Below are positions 1-10,472 of a DNA stretch of 64,000 bases, piece by piece. The notes below the pieces were generated by a model that had not been told where the DNA came from, made no database searches, and was given only the letters and a program-made list of their open reading frames with translations. Position 1 is the first letter of the stretch; each line of letters opens with the position of its first letter. This DNA comes from a virus (lineage: Duplodnaviria; Caudoviricetes), in the IMG/VR virus record IMGVR_UViG_2558309013_000001, positions 6,779-70,778 of that record, one strand, 5' to 3'. The position numbers and the translations under genes are program-made.

Positions 1-112
1 ATGAGGAGCCAAAGAGAAAGGCGAGAAAGAAAAAAGAAGCAGTATAACATTACTGTTTTTTCGTTTGTATACGGAAAATTGTATTGTGAATGTAATGGAA
101 TAAAAGATAAAG

Positions 113-152
113 ATACCCTCGCCTAATGTGACAACATGTTAGGCGAGGGTAT
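113..152. terminator. Intrinsic-terminator-like hairpin
   Basis: 14-bp perfect inverted repeat ATACCCTCGCCTAA / TTAGGCGAGGGTAT downstream of the minus-strand gene. Confidence 0.6.
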
Positions 153-324
153 TATGTTCTTATGTGTGACTGTTAATTCGATGTTTCTCCTCAAAACGCA
201 AACATTCGTTGAAATAATAAAAATGTATTAAGTGATATAATAATAGTGCAAGCAAAAGTACAAAAAACGTTGAAAAGCTTGAATTATCGAGGATGTCATC
301 TATAGTTTTGAGGAAAAGCAGTTA

Positions 325-1941
325 TCATTTAAGACAGTCATTGAGAAGATTTAAGTAACCGGAAGGTGCTTGCATTGCTTCAAAAGGAGTTTGGTGCTTC
401 ATATCATATCCATAACCATACCAAGGAATTACGTTGAATTTTGAATCCCAAGCTGAAGATTCACTTACTTTTATATAATCTTCAGTATATCCGCGGAATG
501 CTATGCAGAAAGCTCCATTTCTATTTATATAACCATTATAATGGTACTGACTATAACCTATGTGATTTCTATCAAAATGCATCTGCATTTTTCTGCCATC
601 TTTCATTTCTTTATAAGGGAGTGTCAAATCTGCGTATTTATCCATTAGTTTTCTAATCTGTGAATCAGCAATTGTTATAGTTGCAGTTCTAACATTTTCC
701 TGAGATTTATATAGAGTTACAGTTACATCGACAGTATCACGAGCATTCGCAGCTGCACTTAATGTCTGAAGAGCCAAACCTGTTTTAACAACTCCATATG
801 AATGATAATCTTCACCCTCTAATTCGAGACTTAAAAATTCAGTCCAATTAAAATTAGAGTCTCTCTTGGTTAATTTATGTTCAATAGTAAGACCATTTGG
901 CCGAATATCATCAGTTGTTACAATCTTATATCTATAGCCTCCATAACAAATAGAACCAAGGGGATATGTGCTGTTTCCTGCTTCATACTTATTAGGAAGA
1001 TTAGGCTGCTGACGGTCTACACGTTCTAGATACCAGTTATCATTATCTCTTGAATCACTTCTTTGCCAAAGTTGAACACCAGCACAATTATCCATAGAAG
1101 AATTTGTAACTTCGAGTACTTTTTCACCATAACTATTTGCTGAACCAATTTCAACACTGCCATCAATCATAGGTCTGAATCTGAAGTTCTGTTCTGTATA
1201 AGAATTTAAAGCATAGTAAATCTTCAGATCAGTACCATTTGAATTTGCATCTTTTGCACTCCACAGATCAAAACACATATTCTCACAGTTCATTGGATAA
1301 ATTTTATAGAAGCCTGTGCTCTCATATTTAATTCTGAACTGCTGATTAGCACCACCATGTAATGAATGCTGTATTATTCTTGCGCCATTTTGAGTACCAT
1401 TTGATTCAACATCCATGTATTTGTTGGATTTCTTATTGCGAATGTAATAAATACCATCATATATAACATACGGTACAGGGCCATAGCTTGCTTGAGAAGA
1501 TGACGATGATGACGACGAAGATGAAGATGATGAAGATGATGAAGAAGTATGAGGTCTAAGTACAGCCTTCATTTTATTTCTGGAATTAGTTCCAAAATAA
1601 CCATCTGCTGTTAAACCATAACTGCTCTGAAACTTCAGAAGTGCTGTTTTTGATGCCGGACCAAAATATCCGTCAACACTTAATTGGGAAGTATTAAGAT
1701 GAATGCCATTGACATCTCCATTCATAACAAGGTCATTTATAGCACACTGAAACCACATTACGTCATCTCCGTACAGCTGTGAACCTCCGTTGTAATAAAG
1801 CTGACGAGTTGGCTCAGAATGATCCCAATATTGAAAACTGTTGTTCGCTGCAGAAGCAGATACAGGTAATACTGTTAAGATCATTAAAATACTTATGAAG
1901 ACACTTATGAATGGTTTGGAAATATTCTTCATTTTTAACAT
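325..1941 (-). CDS. Secreted protein: peptidoglycan-binding domain + poly-Ser linker + ricin-B-type lectin domain + unknown C-terminus
   Basis: Signal peptide ending ASA; VDGYFGPASKTALLKFQSSYGLTADG (PG_binding_1); NKKSNKYMDV...NQQF / VQLW...NDNW QxW-like ricin repeats. Confidence 0.8.
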   Translation of the reverse strand: MLKMKNISKPFISVFISILMILTVLPVSASAANNSFQYWDHSEPTRQLYYNGGSQLYGDDVMWFQCAINDLVMNGDVNGIHLNTSQLSVDGYFGPASKTALLKFQSSYGLTADGYFGTNSRNKMKAVLRPHTSSSSSSSSSSSSSSSSSQASYGPVPYVIYDGIYYIRNKKSNKYMDVESNGTQNGARIIQHSLHGGANQQFRIKYESTGFYKIYPMNCENMCFDLWSAKDANSNGTDLKIYYALNSYTEQNFRFRPMIDGSVEIGSANSYGEKVLEVTNSSMDNCAGVQLWQRSDSRDNDNWYLERVDRQQPNLPNKYEAGNSTYPLGSICYGGYRYKIVTTDDIRPNGLTIEHKLTKRDSNFNWTEFLSLELEGEDYHSYGVVKTGLALQTLSAAANARDTVDVTVTLYKSQENVRTATITIADSQIRKLMDKYADLTLPYKEMKDGRKMQMHFDRNHIGYSQYHYNGYINRNGAFCIAFRGYTEDYIKVSESSAWDSKFNVIPWYGYGYDMKHQTPFEAMQAPSGYLNLLNDCLK

Positions 1942-2624
1942 ACTCCTTATTTAATAAATTATTCAAAGACCAAATGAATAAAAAATATCATTAAAATATA
2001 ATACCTCCCCCTTCCTTTTTTAATTGTTAATATTGGATATTTAATTTTCATTTAGTCGAAATATATTATAACATATATAGTCGGATACGTCAACAACTTG
2101 TGTAAAAATAGTTTTGTATTTAATACGGTTATCCTTTAAATGATTTTCCATATAACGATAGACGACACATCATAATTACAGAGATCTTTGGGTCTCTTTT
2201 TTTATGCCTAGTCGTTGGTCGGATGCAAACCGACCATGTTTAAGATGTAGAAATAGTTAGGTAATATTTTGTTAATAGTATGTTAATATAAATAGTGCAT
2301 TATTACTCGTTTAACGATTAGATTTGCTTGTATTAGGACATAATTAACAAAAAATATGGTCGGTTTATTATCTATGTTAATGCTGTTTTGAAAATGATAT
2401 GATATATACACAGTCAAACGACTGAGAAAAGAATAACTTGCCCTGAGTGTACATAGAGGGTGCAGGATATTTCATACAGCTGATATATATTTTCTATTGT
2501 CAGCTGTCACTGTGATAGCCTTTCTCTGTGTACGCTCTTTTTTTGCAGTGTTAGGCTTATCCTGTAATTACTCTTCGGACGAAAGGACATCGTTATTAAT
2601 CACACTACAAATGGAGGAATTGAA

Positions 2625-2789
2625 ATGAACAAAAAACAGAGAAAGTACATGGCAGACGCGCTCATCTTTATAAGTGCAGTCGCGGATGAAATGGCAAAGC
2701 AATGCCTTATCGAGCAGGAAAACTCTAAAATGCCGCCGATAAACATGACAAATATGAAGGAGGACTGCAAAGATGTCGACGCTGTATGA
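2625..2789 (+). CDS. Small phage hypothetical protein (54 aa, not in ORF track)
   Basis: GGAGG RBS, ATG 2625, open to TGA 2787-2789, overlaps next gene. Confidence 0.55.
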   Translation: MNKKQRKYMADALIFISAVADEMAKQCLIEQENSKMPPINMTNMKEDCKDVDAV

Positions 2790-3237
2790 GATCGATTCTG
2801 CTATAAGCGGCTGTGTGGACGCTGATACTGGCGAAATAATCAACGAGGAAATGCTCAGTGCTCTGTTCATGGAGCGCAATGCCAAGCTCGAGAATGTGGC
2901 GCTGTGGGTGAAAAATCTTGAGTCGGATGCAGCTGCAATAAAAGCCGAGCGTGATGCACTTGACAAGCGCATGAAGATAGCCGAGAATAAGGCAGCTTCT
3001 CTAAGAAACTGGCTGTCAAATGCACTCTGTACCCAGTCGTTTGAAACTGCAAGGGTGCGTATCAGCTTCCGCAGATCGACTGCTACGGAGATAAATGCGG
3101 AACTTCTTCCAAAAAAGTGGAACGTGAAAAAGGTTACCTATACTCCTGATAAGGCTGCAATTAAAGCTGCTTTGCTTGCAGGAGAGGTAATAAAAGGCGC
3201 ACAGCTTGTTGAGCGTCAAAATATACAGATTAAGTGA
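2773..3237 (+). CDS. Siphovirus Gp157 family protein
   Basis: MSTLYEI..., coiled coil, DKAAIKAAL.AGEVIKGAQLVERQNIQIK C-terminus. Confidence 0.85.
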   Translation: MSTLYEIDSAISGCVDADTGEIINEEMLSALFMERNAKLENVALWVKNLESDAAAIKAERDALDKRMKIAENKAASLRNWLSNALCTQSFETARVRISFRRSTATEINAELLPKKWNVKKVTYTPDKAAIKAALLAGEVIKGAQLVERQNIQIK

Positions 3238-3249
3238 GGAGGGAAATAT

Positions 3250-4134
3250 ATGGCATTCAAAAAAGCTCAGCGAAAAGCCGCAAAAATGCGAGTGGCGCTG
3301 GCAGGTCCAAGCGGTGCAGGAAAAACACTGTCCGCATTATATCTTGCTTACGGCGTTACAGGTGACTGGAGTAAAATTGCTCTTATAGATACGGAACATG
3401 GAAGAGCTCAGTTTTACGCTGAAAGGAGTGATCTCGAAACAGGCTCATTTCTGTATGACGAGCTGGCTCCACCATATTCTCCTGACAGGTATATTGACAA
3501 GGTCAAGGAGGCTACTGCTGCAGTAGGACCTGACGGAGTAGTAATCGTGGATAGCTTCAGTCATGCCTGGGATAATGAGGGCGGCGTCCTGGATCTGAAG
3601 ACAGAACTAGAGCAGACACAGAATAAAAACAGCTTTACAGTTTGGAATGAGGCAGGCAAAATACAGAACCACCTTGTGAATACGCTGCTGTCTGCAGACT
3701 GCCATATTATCGTAACTATGCGCTCAAAAATGGCATACGCTATGGAGCAGAATGAGCGTGGCAAAACAGTTCCTGTAAAAATAGGACTTGCCCCTGTACA
3801 GCGCGAAAATACGGAGTACGAGTTCGATATAGTTTTCAATATTGCCAGAAGCCATACAGCCTCAACCTCAAAGGATACAACGTTCCTCGATTCATGGACA
3901 GGTATAATAACTCCTGAACTTGGTAGGCAGCTCAAGGAATGGCTAAGTGGAGGTGTTGAACCTGACAGGTGCGCTGACTGCGGAGGTCTGATTGTATCAG
4001 CTCAGGGCAGATCTGCTGAACAGATAGCTGACGGTACAATGAAAAACTTTGGTAGAAAGCTATGCTGGAGCTGCATGGCTCAGGAAATAAAGAAACGCAA
4101 GGATGGAGAAAATGCTCAGGCCCTATCAGAATGA
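3250..4134 (+). CDS. AAA_24 / Sak4-like ssDNA-annealing ATPase
   Basis: Walker A GPSGAGKT, IDTE, VIVDSFSHAW; C-terminal CxxC...CxxC. Confidence 0.8.
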   Translation: MAFKKAQRKAAKMRVALAGPSGAGKTLSALYLAYGVTGDWSKIALIDTEHGRAQFYAERSDLETGSFLYDELAPPYSPDRYIDKVKEATAAVGPDGVVIVDSFSHAWDNEGGVLDLKTELEQTQNKNSFTVWNEAGKIQNHLVNTLLSADCHIIVTMRSKMAYAMEQNERGKTVPVKIGLAPVQRENTEYEFDIVFNIARSHTASTSKDTTFLDSWTGIITPELGRQLKEWLSGGVEPDRCADCGGLIVSAQGRSAEQIADGTMKNFGRKLCWSCMAQEIKKRKDGENAQALSE

Positions 4135-5440
4135 TATTATAAACCGTGTTCGTAAAGCGTTTCTTACCGGTTATAAGGCACCATGCGTGGTTCTCCCATG
4201 CGGGGGCGGCAAATCAATAATAGTGGCAGAAATCGCAAAACGTACAACTGCGAAGAATAACAATGTTCTGTTTCTGGTCCATCGTCGTGAACTGGTGGAG
4301 CAGATACAGCGGACCTTTAGCAGATGGGGCGTGGATATGAGTAAAACGGAGGTCATGATGGTACAGACAGCATCACGAAGAGTTTCAAAGCTTATAAAGC
4401 CATCCCTGATCATAACAGACGAGAACCATCATTCCAAGGCAGCAACATACCGTCGTATTTACGACGCTTTTCCCGATGTGTGCAGGCTTGGAGTGACAGC
4501 AACACCTGTTCGGCTTGACGGTAGTGGTCTTGGTGATGTCAACGATATTCTTATCGAAGGTGTATCAGCTAAGTGGCTTATCGCAAACCATTATCTCTCT
4601 CCCTACGATTATTATGCGCCTACTATAGCAGATCTTACCGGAATAAGGATACTCCATGGCGAATACGAGACAAAATCAGCGGAAAAGGCACTTCTGAAAA
4701 CAGCTGTTTTCGGAGATGCAATACGTCACTATATGCAGCTTGCAGGAGGCAGACAGGCTATCTGCTACTGTGTATCCGTGAACCACTCCAGAACTATGGC
4801 TGATGAATTCAGTGCCGCAGGTATTACCGCAGCTCATATCGACGGAGGTACACCCAAAGCAGAAAGAGATAGAATAATAGCAGCCTTTAGAAGCGGAGAT
4901 ATAAAGATACTCTGTAACGTAGACCTGATATCTGAGGGCTTCGACGTTCCTGACTGCAGCTGCGCTATACTGCTCCGACCGACGAAAAGTCTCACTTTGT
5001 ACATTCAGCAGTCAATGCGGTGCATGAGGTATAAGCCGGGAAAAAGAGCTATAATTATTGATCATGTCGGTAATTATGCCCGCTTCGGAATGCCAGATGC
5101 AGACCGGAAATGGGATCTGAATGCAAAAAAGGCAAAGCGCGGGCAGTCTGAAGCTGTATCTGATGTAAAGGTCAAGCAGTGTCCGCAGTGCTATTATACA
5201 TTTGAGCCTCCATCATTCGGGAGATCTGTTTGTCCCGCCTGCGGATACCAGTTCTCAAAACATGAGCGCAGGATAGAACAAAAAGATAATGCCGAACTTC
5301 AGAAAATATCAGGCTTTATACTTGAATATGAGGACGCAGCTCAGTGCAGGAATATGCAGGAGCTTTCAGTATATGCCAAACGACACGGATATAAGCAGGG
5401 ATGGGTCTACTATCAGGCAAAGAATAGAGGATGGTTATGA
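4103..5440 (+). CDS. Superfamily II DEAD/DEAH-box helicase
   Basis: LRPYQ, PCGGGKS, DENH, TAT, EGFDVP, QQSMRCMR; zinc ribbon. Confidence 0.9.
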   Translation: MEKMLRPYQNDIINRVRKAFLTGYKAPCVVLPCGGGKSIIVAEIAKRTTAKNNNVLFLVHRRELVEQIQRTFSRWGVDMSKTEVMMVQTASRRVSKLIKPSLIITDENHHSKAATYRRIYDAFPDVCRLGVTATPVRLDGSGLGDVNDILIEGVSAKWLIANHYLSPYDYYAPTIADLTGIRILHGEYETKSAEKALLKTAVFGDAIRHYMQLAGGRQAICYCVSVNHSRTMADEFSAAGITAAHIDGGTPKAERDRIIAAFRSGDIKILCNVDLISEGFDVPDCSCAILLRPTKSLTLYIQQSMRCMRYKPGKRAIIIDHVGNYARFGMPDADRKWDLNAKKAKRGQSEAVSDVKVKQCPQCYYTFEPPSFGRSVCPACGYQFSKHERRIEQKDNAELQKISGFILEYEDAAQCRNMQELSVYAKRHGYKQGWVYYQAKNRGWL

Positions 5441-5754
5441 CAGAGGAACACAGAATACAGAATGAAATACGGCTTGCACTTGCGGATACCTGCGTGATGT
5501 TCAGAATTAACGTAGGCAAGGGCTATACTCCAGACGGCAGATACTTCGATACGGGAGTTCCCAAAGGTTTCTCAGATCTTTTCGGAGTACGCAAAGTCGA
5601 TGGCAGAGCCGTGTTCATCGAGGTAAAAACTACACAAGGCAGACCAACGGACCAACAGAATAACTTCCTCGAGACCATGCGTAAAAACGGTGCAATCGCT
5701 GGCGTTTGCAGAAGTCCCGAGGAAGCAGTACAACTTGTAACAGGAGGACAATAA
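5431..5754 (+). CDS. VRR-NUC domain nuclease
   Basis: EHRIQ, GFSDL, FIEVK, GRPT..Q motifs. Confidence 0.85.
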   Translation: MVMTEEHRIQNEIRLALADTCVMFRINVGKGYTPDGRYFDTGVPKGFSDLFGVRKVDGRAVFIEVKTTQGRPTDQQNNFLETMRKNGAIAGVCRSPEEAVQLVTGGQ

Positions 5755-5758
5755 TAAT

Positions 5759-6328
5759 ATGGGATTTTCAACGGATTATTCCGAGGTTAACAGCTTCGAT
5801 CTCATTCCCAAAGGGGAGTATGAAGTTATCATAAAAACCATCGAGGAAAGAACTACTCAGAACGGCGCAACAGGATTGAATCTGACACTGGTAATTCGTA
5901 ATGACGTTGAGCATAAGTATCAGAACCGTTTACTGTTCTATACTCTGTGGAAGCGCCGTGAGCCGTCACCGGCTGATATGCAGGTACAGGGATACAGCTT
6001 CAAACAGGTCATGTCTCTGGCAAAGGCGGCGGCACTACCAAGCGGTAAAAGTTACGAAAATGTGCAGGCGCTCTGTGATGAGCTGATTGGTCATGCAATG
6101 CGTGTGACCGTAGGGCATGACGAGTATAACGGACAGATGCGTGAAATAGTGAAATTCATGAATGAATCCAAATTTCCGGAGTGCAGGCACGTTTACAAGG
6201 ATAAGCCCACCGTGACTGTAGATACCGTGGCGCAGAAACCTGCAGAGGCTTTTGCAGGAACACCTGTGGATATGGGGAATCTTAGCGACTTTGAAGAAAT
6301 ACTCAGTGACGGCGATGTACCATTCTAA
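5759..6328 (+). CDS. DUF669 family, probable ssDNA-binding protein
   Basis: LIPKGEYEV start; acidic DGDVPF SSB-like tail; next to Sak4-like gene. Confidence 0.75.
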   Translation: MGFSTDYSEVNSFDLIPKGEYEVIIKTIEERTTQNGATGLNLTLVIRNDVEHKYQNRLLFYTLWKRREPSPADMQVQGYSFKQVMSLAKAAALPSGKSYENVQALCDELIGHAMRVTVGHDEYNGQMREIVKFMNESKFPECRHVYKDKPTVTVDTVAQKPAEAFAGTPVDMGNLSDFEEILSDGDVPF

Positions 6329-6388
6329 ATAATATATGCCCGTGGGACAGATAACACTGTCCCACATTACGGGCGAAAGGAGTAAAAA

Positions 6389-6820
6389 ATGAACTACAGA
6401 AACAGCGAAGGCTATGCAAGCCCAACAGAATATGAAGCACTCAGCCGTATCCAGCGTGAGGAACGAGCTGATAAAATAAAGAGAAAATACCGTCCATTCG
6501 TGTATATCTGTTCTCCGTTTTCTTTGGGAGATAGGGAGGAGAATATACGTAATGCCAAGCAATACTGCAAATTTGCAGTGGAGAATCATGCTATACCCTT
6601 TGCTCCGCATCTGCTTTTTCCGCTTTTTCTTAATGACGACATACCAGCCGAGCGTGAGCTGGCACTGTTTATGAACCGTATTATCCTTGCTAAATGCGAC
6701 GAGATATGGATATTCGGTAATATATTCTCAAAGGGAATGCAGCGTGAAATAAAGCTAGCAAGGCGTAAAAAACTAAATATACGATATTTCCCAGAAATTG
6801 AGTTTAATAACTACATGTAA
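6389..6820 (+). CDS. DUF4406-like / nucleoside deoxyribosyltransferase-like phage protein
   Basis: NSEGY..PT, VYICSPF, PFAPHL, CDEIW.FG...SKGM..EI. Confidence 0.7.
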   Translation: MNYRNSEGYASPTEYEALSRIQREERADKIKRKYRPFVYICSPFSLGDREENIRNAKQYCKFAVENHAIPFAPHLLFPLFLNDDIPAERELALFMNRIILAKCDEIWIFGNIFSKGMQREIKLARRKKLNIRYFPEIEFNNYM

Positions 6821-6831
6821 GGAGAAACAAT

Positions 6832-9108
6832 ATGTACGAATACATACCAAACGAAATGAAATCAGTTCCTAACTGGGTATGCTGGAAGGCTGTTCCTAAT
6901 GCAGCTTCCCATTCGGGTATCAAAAAAATCCCTGTAAATCCTAGAACAGGCGGACAGGCTATGTCAAACAATCCGCAGACCTGGTCCGACTATGATACTG
7001 CAGTACGTGAATCTGCTAAATACAACGGCATCGGCTTCATGTTTACGGACAGTGGTTTCTTTGGAGTAGATATTGATGACTGTCATGATGCCATTCAGGA
7101 CTATACCTACGACGGAGCAGAAAACATAATATCCGAATTTATTAATGGCCTTCAGTCATATGCCGAGACTTCTCAGTCAGGTAACGGAATACATATTATC
7201 TGCAAAGGAAGTCTGCCTGAAGGCGGCAGACGAAAAGGAAAGATAGAGATGTATGATAAAGGCAGATTCTTTATTATGACAGGCGATATCTGTTCTGAAT
7301 TCGCTGAAATAACTGACTGTACTGAAAGAATAAAGCCGCTCCATAGCAAATATATAGGCGGCAGCAAGCCTAGTACTATGCCTGATCAGCTTCCGTTGAC
7401 TCCAACAAACCTGACTGAGCAGGAGATAATAAGCAAAGCTATGACCTCACAAGGAAGTGAACGCTTTGCAGCCCTGTACAGTGGTGATATATCCGGCTTC
7501 CCATCGCAGTCTGAAGCAGACATGGCATTCTGCGGCATGCTTGCATTCTGGTGCGGTGGAGATACAAAGCTTATGGACAGCATATACCGGAAATCCGGTC
7601 TCATGCGTGATAAATGGGATAGGAAGCAGAGTGGCAGTACATACGGAATGATCACCCTTACGAGAGCAGCTGCCAGCTGTAAAAGCTTCTATAATCCGCA
7701 GCACAGATCTGACTATAATATATCCATAGGCGATTCACCGGCTCAGAAGTCTCAGCCGCTGCCAAAAATGTATTCTCTTGATGATACAGGAAACGCTCAA
7801 CGTATGCAGGAACTCAGCGGTAATATACTCCGCTACTGCTATGTTGATAAACGCTGGCTATATTATGAAAACGGAAAATGGCAGTATGATGTCCGTGGTA
7901 TGGTGTATGTGTACGCTGACCTTGTACTTGATCAGATGAAACGTGAGCTGCAGACGTGGGCTTCCCATGAAAACGGAAAGTTCCTGCAGGATTATCAGAA
8001 GCATATGAAGCGTACCCGTTCAAATGCTGCTAAAAGAGCTATGATAAAGGAATTTGAGCATATCGTCGCTATTAGTCCTGCAGAGCTTGACACCCATAAG
8101 ACCCTTGTAAATTCCCAGAGCGGTGTACTTAATCTGGATGACTGTTCTATCGCGCCACATAATAACAAATTCTATATGACTCGTATGCTGGGAACCTCAA
8201 TGCCTCTGCATCCGAAACGTCCTGTTTTATGGCTGCGCTTCCTTGATGATATATTCAGCGGTGACAAGGAGCTTATCCGCTATGTGCAGAAAGCTCTTGG
8301 CTATTCATTAAGCGGGCTTACCTCAGAGCAGTGTGTATTCTTTCTTTATGGAACAGGCAGAAACGGAAAATCCACCTTCCTTGAAGTTGTCAGAGCTATC
8401 CTGGGAGAATATGCGACAAATATACAGCCTGAAAGTATTATGATGAAATCAACAACAACTAACGCAAATTCGGATATAGCCAGGTTAAAAGGCGCTCGCC
8501 TTGTAACTTCAGTTGAGCCAAATGAGGGTATGAGACTTAATGAAGGTCTCCTCAAGCAGCTTACAGGTGACGACGTTGTAACTGCGCGAAAGCTGTACGG
8601 CGACGAGTTTGAGTACCGTCCCGAGTTCAAGCTGTGGATGGCTACGAACCATAAGCCAACTATCCGTGGAACTGACATCGGTATATGGCGCAGAATACAT
8701 ATTATTCCATTTACGGTTACTATACCTGAAGAAAAGGTTGATAAGAACCTTGGTGAAAAGCTTACCGAGGAACTGCCTGATATTCTCGCATGGATGCTGG
8801 AGGGCTATCGCCTGTGGCGGCACGAAGGTCTGAACAAGCCGAAGGTAGTTCTTGATGCCGTTAAGGAGTACCGCAATGAAATGGACGTTATCTCGGCGTT
8901 TCTGGACTCCGATTACGTTGCAGAGGGCGGCGAGGTCAAGGCTTCGGCGCTGTATGCGGTCTACTGTCAGTGGGCAGCCGAGTGCAATGAGTATAAGATG
9001 TCGAGCCGAAAGTTTGGTGTTGAGCTAGTAAAACGGTACAATAAAGTCCATAGAAAAAATGGCTGGACTTATATCGGCATTTCACTCTCTGGATTATCTA
9101 TAGGGTGA
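6832..9108 (+). CDS. P4-family phage primase/SF3 helicase
   Basis: N-terminal primase-polymerase motifs (GVDID, SQSGNGIH), D5-like region, GTGRNGKST, LKQLTGDD, ATNHKP. Confidence 0.9.
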   Translation: MYEYIPNEMKSVPNWVCWKAVPNAASHSGIKKIPVNPRTGGQAMSNNPQTWSDYDTAVRESAKYNGIGFMFTDSGFFGVDIDDCHDAIQDYTYDGAENIISEFINGLQSYAETSQSGNGIHIICKGSLPEGGRRKGKIEMYDKGRFFIMTGDICSEFAEITDCTERIKPLHSKYIGGSKPSTMPDQLPLTPTNLTEQEIISKAMTSQGSERFAALYSGDISGFPSQSEADMAFCGMLAFWCGGDTKLMDSIYRKSGLMRDKWDRKQSGSTYGMITLTRAAASCKSFYNPQHRSDYNISIGDSPAQKSQPLPKMYSLDDTGNAQRMQELSGNILRYCYVDKRWLYYENGKWQYDVRGMVYVYADLVLDQMKRELQTWASHENGKFLQDYQKHMKRTRSNAAKRAMIKEFEHIVAISPAELDTHKTLVNSQSGVLNLDDCSIAPHNNKFYMTRMLGTSMPLHPKRPVLWLRFLDDIFSGDKELIRYVQKALGYSLSGLTSEQCVFFLYGTGRNGKSTFLEVVRAILGEYATNIQPESIMMKSTTTNANSDIARLKGARLVTSVEPNEGMRLNEGLLKQLTGDDVVTARKLYGDEFEYRPEFKLWMATNHKPTIRGTDIGIWRRIHIIPFTVTIPEEKVDKNLGEKLTEELPDILAWMLEGYRLWRHEGLNKPKVVLDAVKEYRNEMDVISAFLDSDYVAEGGEVKASALYAVYCQWAAECNEYKMSSRKFGVELVKRYNKVHRKNGWTYIGISLSGLSIG

Positions 9109-9208
9109 CGGAAGTGACCCATAATCATCATTTTCTTACTTCTCTTTAAGAAAACCAAATATATTAGACTTATATGGAATTTCATAATTATAGGTCACTT
9201 AGGTCACC
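9104..9208. other. Putative replication origin (inverted iteron pairs around an AT-rich core)
   Basis: GGTGACGGAAGTGACC (9104-9119) and inverted GGTCACTTAGGTCACC (9193-9208), 14/16 match, at the primase 3' end. Confidence 0.55.
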
Positions 9209-9218
9209 AGGAGGTATT

Positions 9219-9635
9219 ATGAAAACACAAATAAACTTCAATGACAGCGATACCAGAAAACGCCTTGAACGTCAAGCTTACGACGGTACTATCGACGTTG
9301 CGGACTTCCCTCCTGCGGAGTATATGTACTTCTCGGAGCTTCGCAAGATATACTATGATTTCAAGTTCAATGAGCTTTCAAAAGAGGACGCAGAAAACCG
9401 CAAAAGAAAGCTTCTCAGGCGCTATAATGAAGCCGTTGCAGAGTACGAGAACTTCCGCAGAGTTTACAGGGAATATCAGGACAATCTCCGCAGAGCAGGC
9501 ACTCTCATTGCGCAGATAAACAAGTCCGAGAGCACCGAGAAAATCGCAGAGCTCGCCTGCACAGTCATCGGTCTTATGCTGGGCGACGACTCCTTTGCAC
9601 CGCGAATAAAAACGAAACTGGAGGCACTTCCATGA
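9219..9635 (+). CDS. Phage hypothetical protein
   Basis: GGAGGT RBS before ATG 9219; ATGA overlap with next gene. Confidence 0.6.
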   Translation: MKTQINFNDSDTRKRLERQAYDGTIDVADFPPAEYMYFSELRKIYYDFKFNELSKEDAENRKRKLLRRYNEAVAEYENFRRVYREYQDNLRRAGTLIAQINKSESTEKIAELACTVIGLMLGDDSFAPRIKTKLEALP

Positions 9636-10048
9636 CACCCCGAGAATACATGAACCGAGCAAATATACTGCTCCGCCGCATTAAACGCAAACGCCGTGAA
9701 GCCGAAGAAATACGCATTGCAGAGGCTTCTCCCTCGTCGCCTGTCCTCAGCGATATGCCGAAAACTGCAAGCCATGATAAAGACGGAATGTCCCGAAGAA
9801 TATGCCGTGCCATTGACCTCGACCATGAAGCAGACCTTGCCTTTGATGAGCTGGAGGAGCTGAAACGCTCCTTCCTCAGCTCCCTTGAAGCTCTCGACAA
9901 TCCCGATGAGCGCGACCTGCTCTACAAGCGCTATATTGAGTTCAAGTGCTGGCGGAAAGTTGCTGACGAAATAGGCTACAGCGAATCTCATACAAAGCGG
10001 CTCCACGCAATTGCGGTCAGAAAGATGATACTCCATGATACGCCATAA
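9632..10048 (+). CDS. ArpU/RinA/DUF1492-type late transcriptional activator
   Basis: C-terminal sigma-4-like HTH LLYKRYI...W..VADEIGYS....RLH..A; last gene before packaging module. Confidence 0.8.
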   Translation: MTPREYMNRANILLRRIKRKRREAEEIRIAEASPSSPVLSDMPKTASHDKDGMSRRICRAIDLDHEADLAFDELEELKRSFLSSLEALDNPDERDLLYKRYIEFKCWRKVADEIGYSESHTKRLHAIAVRKMILHDTP

Positions 10049-10080
10049 TACTTGATGATACGCCTGCTTTGTGATATACT
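10025..10080 (+). promoter_or_regulatory. Activator-dependent late promoter with four 10-bp-phased repeats
   Basis: ATGATAC/ATAATAC at 10025, 10035, 10045, 10055, then extended -10 TGnTATACT (10072-10080). Confidence 0.7.
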
Positions 10081-10172
10081 TTAAAATACAGGAACTATGA
10101 TATTGACTTTCGTATCTGGGATATGATATAATTTACTTGATATTCAAATCGGAATTCATAGGAGTTTAGATT

Positions 10173-10421
10173 ATGAAAAGAAGGAAAAGAGAACTCTTAC
10201 CCAAAACTGAACCGCTAAAGCATGATCCTATTGAAGATACAGAATACTTTAAATCTATTATTGAAGAAGTTGACAAAGAAGCTGAATCTTTAGTTGATCC
10301 TGAAATAAGGTTCGGAAGATTTTCATTCATTGAAAGAGAGAAAAAAAGAATATTAAAGGAAAAATATAATATAGATTGGAAAACAACAGAAGAAATGAAT
10401 CCTAATTGGGATTTCATATAG
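10173..10421 (+). CDS. Moron: hypothetical 82-aa protein with its own promoter
   Basis: AT-rich; TTGACT-18-TATAAT at 10103-10132; AGGAG RBS; preceded by AAATCGGAATTC. Confidence 0.7.
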   Translation: MKRRKRELLPKTEPLKHDPIEDTEYFKSIIEEVDKEAESLVDPEIRFGRFSFIEREKKRILKEKYNIDWKTTEEMNPNWDFI

Positions 10422-10472
10422 TGGTTGCAGTGTCACGCTGCAAATTCTTATCAGTAACTGAATAAAAATATA

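Noticed and set aside
1490-1550. GAT/GAC/GAA trinucleotide-like repeat
   Set aside because: Encodes the poly-Ser linker of the secreted protein
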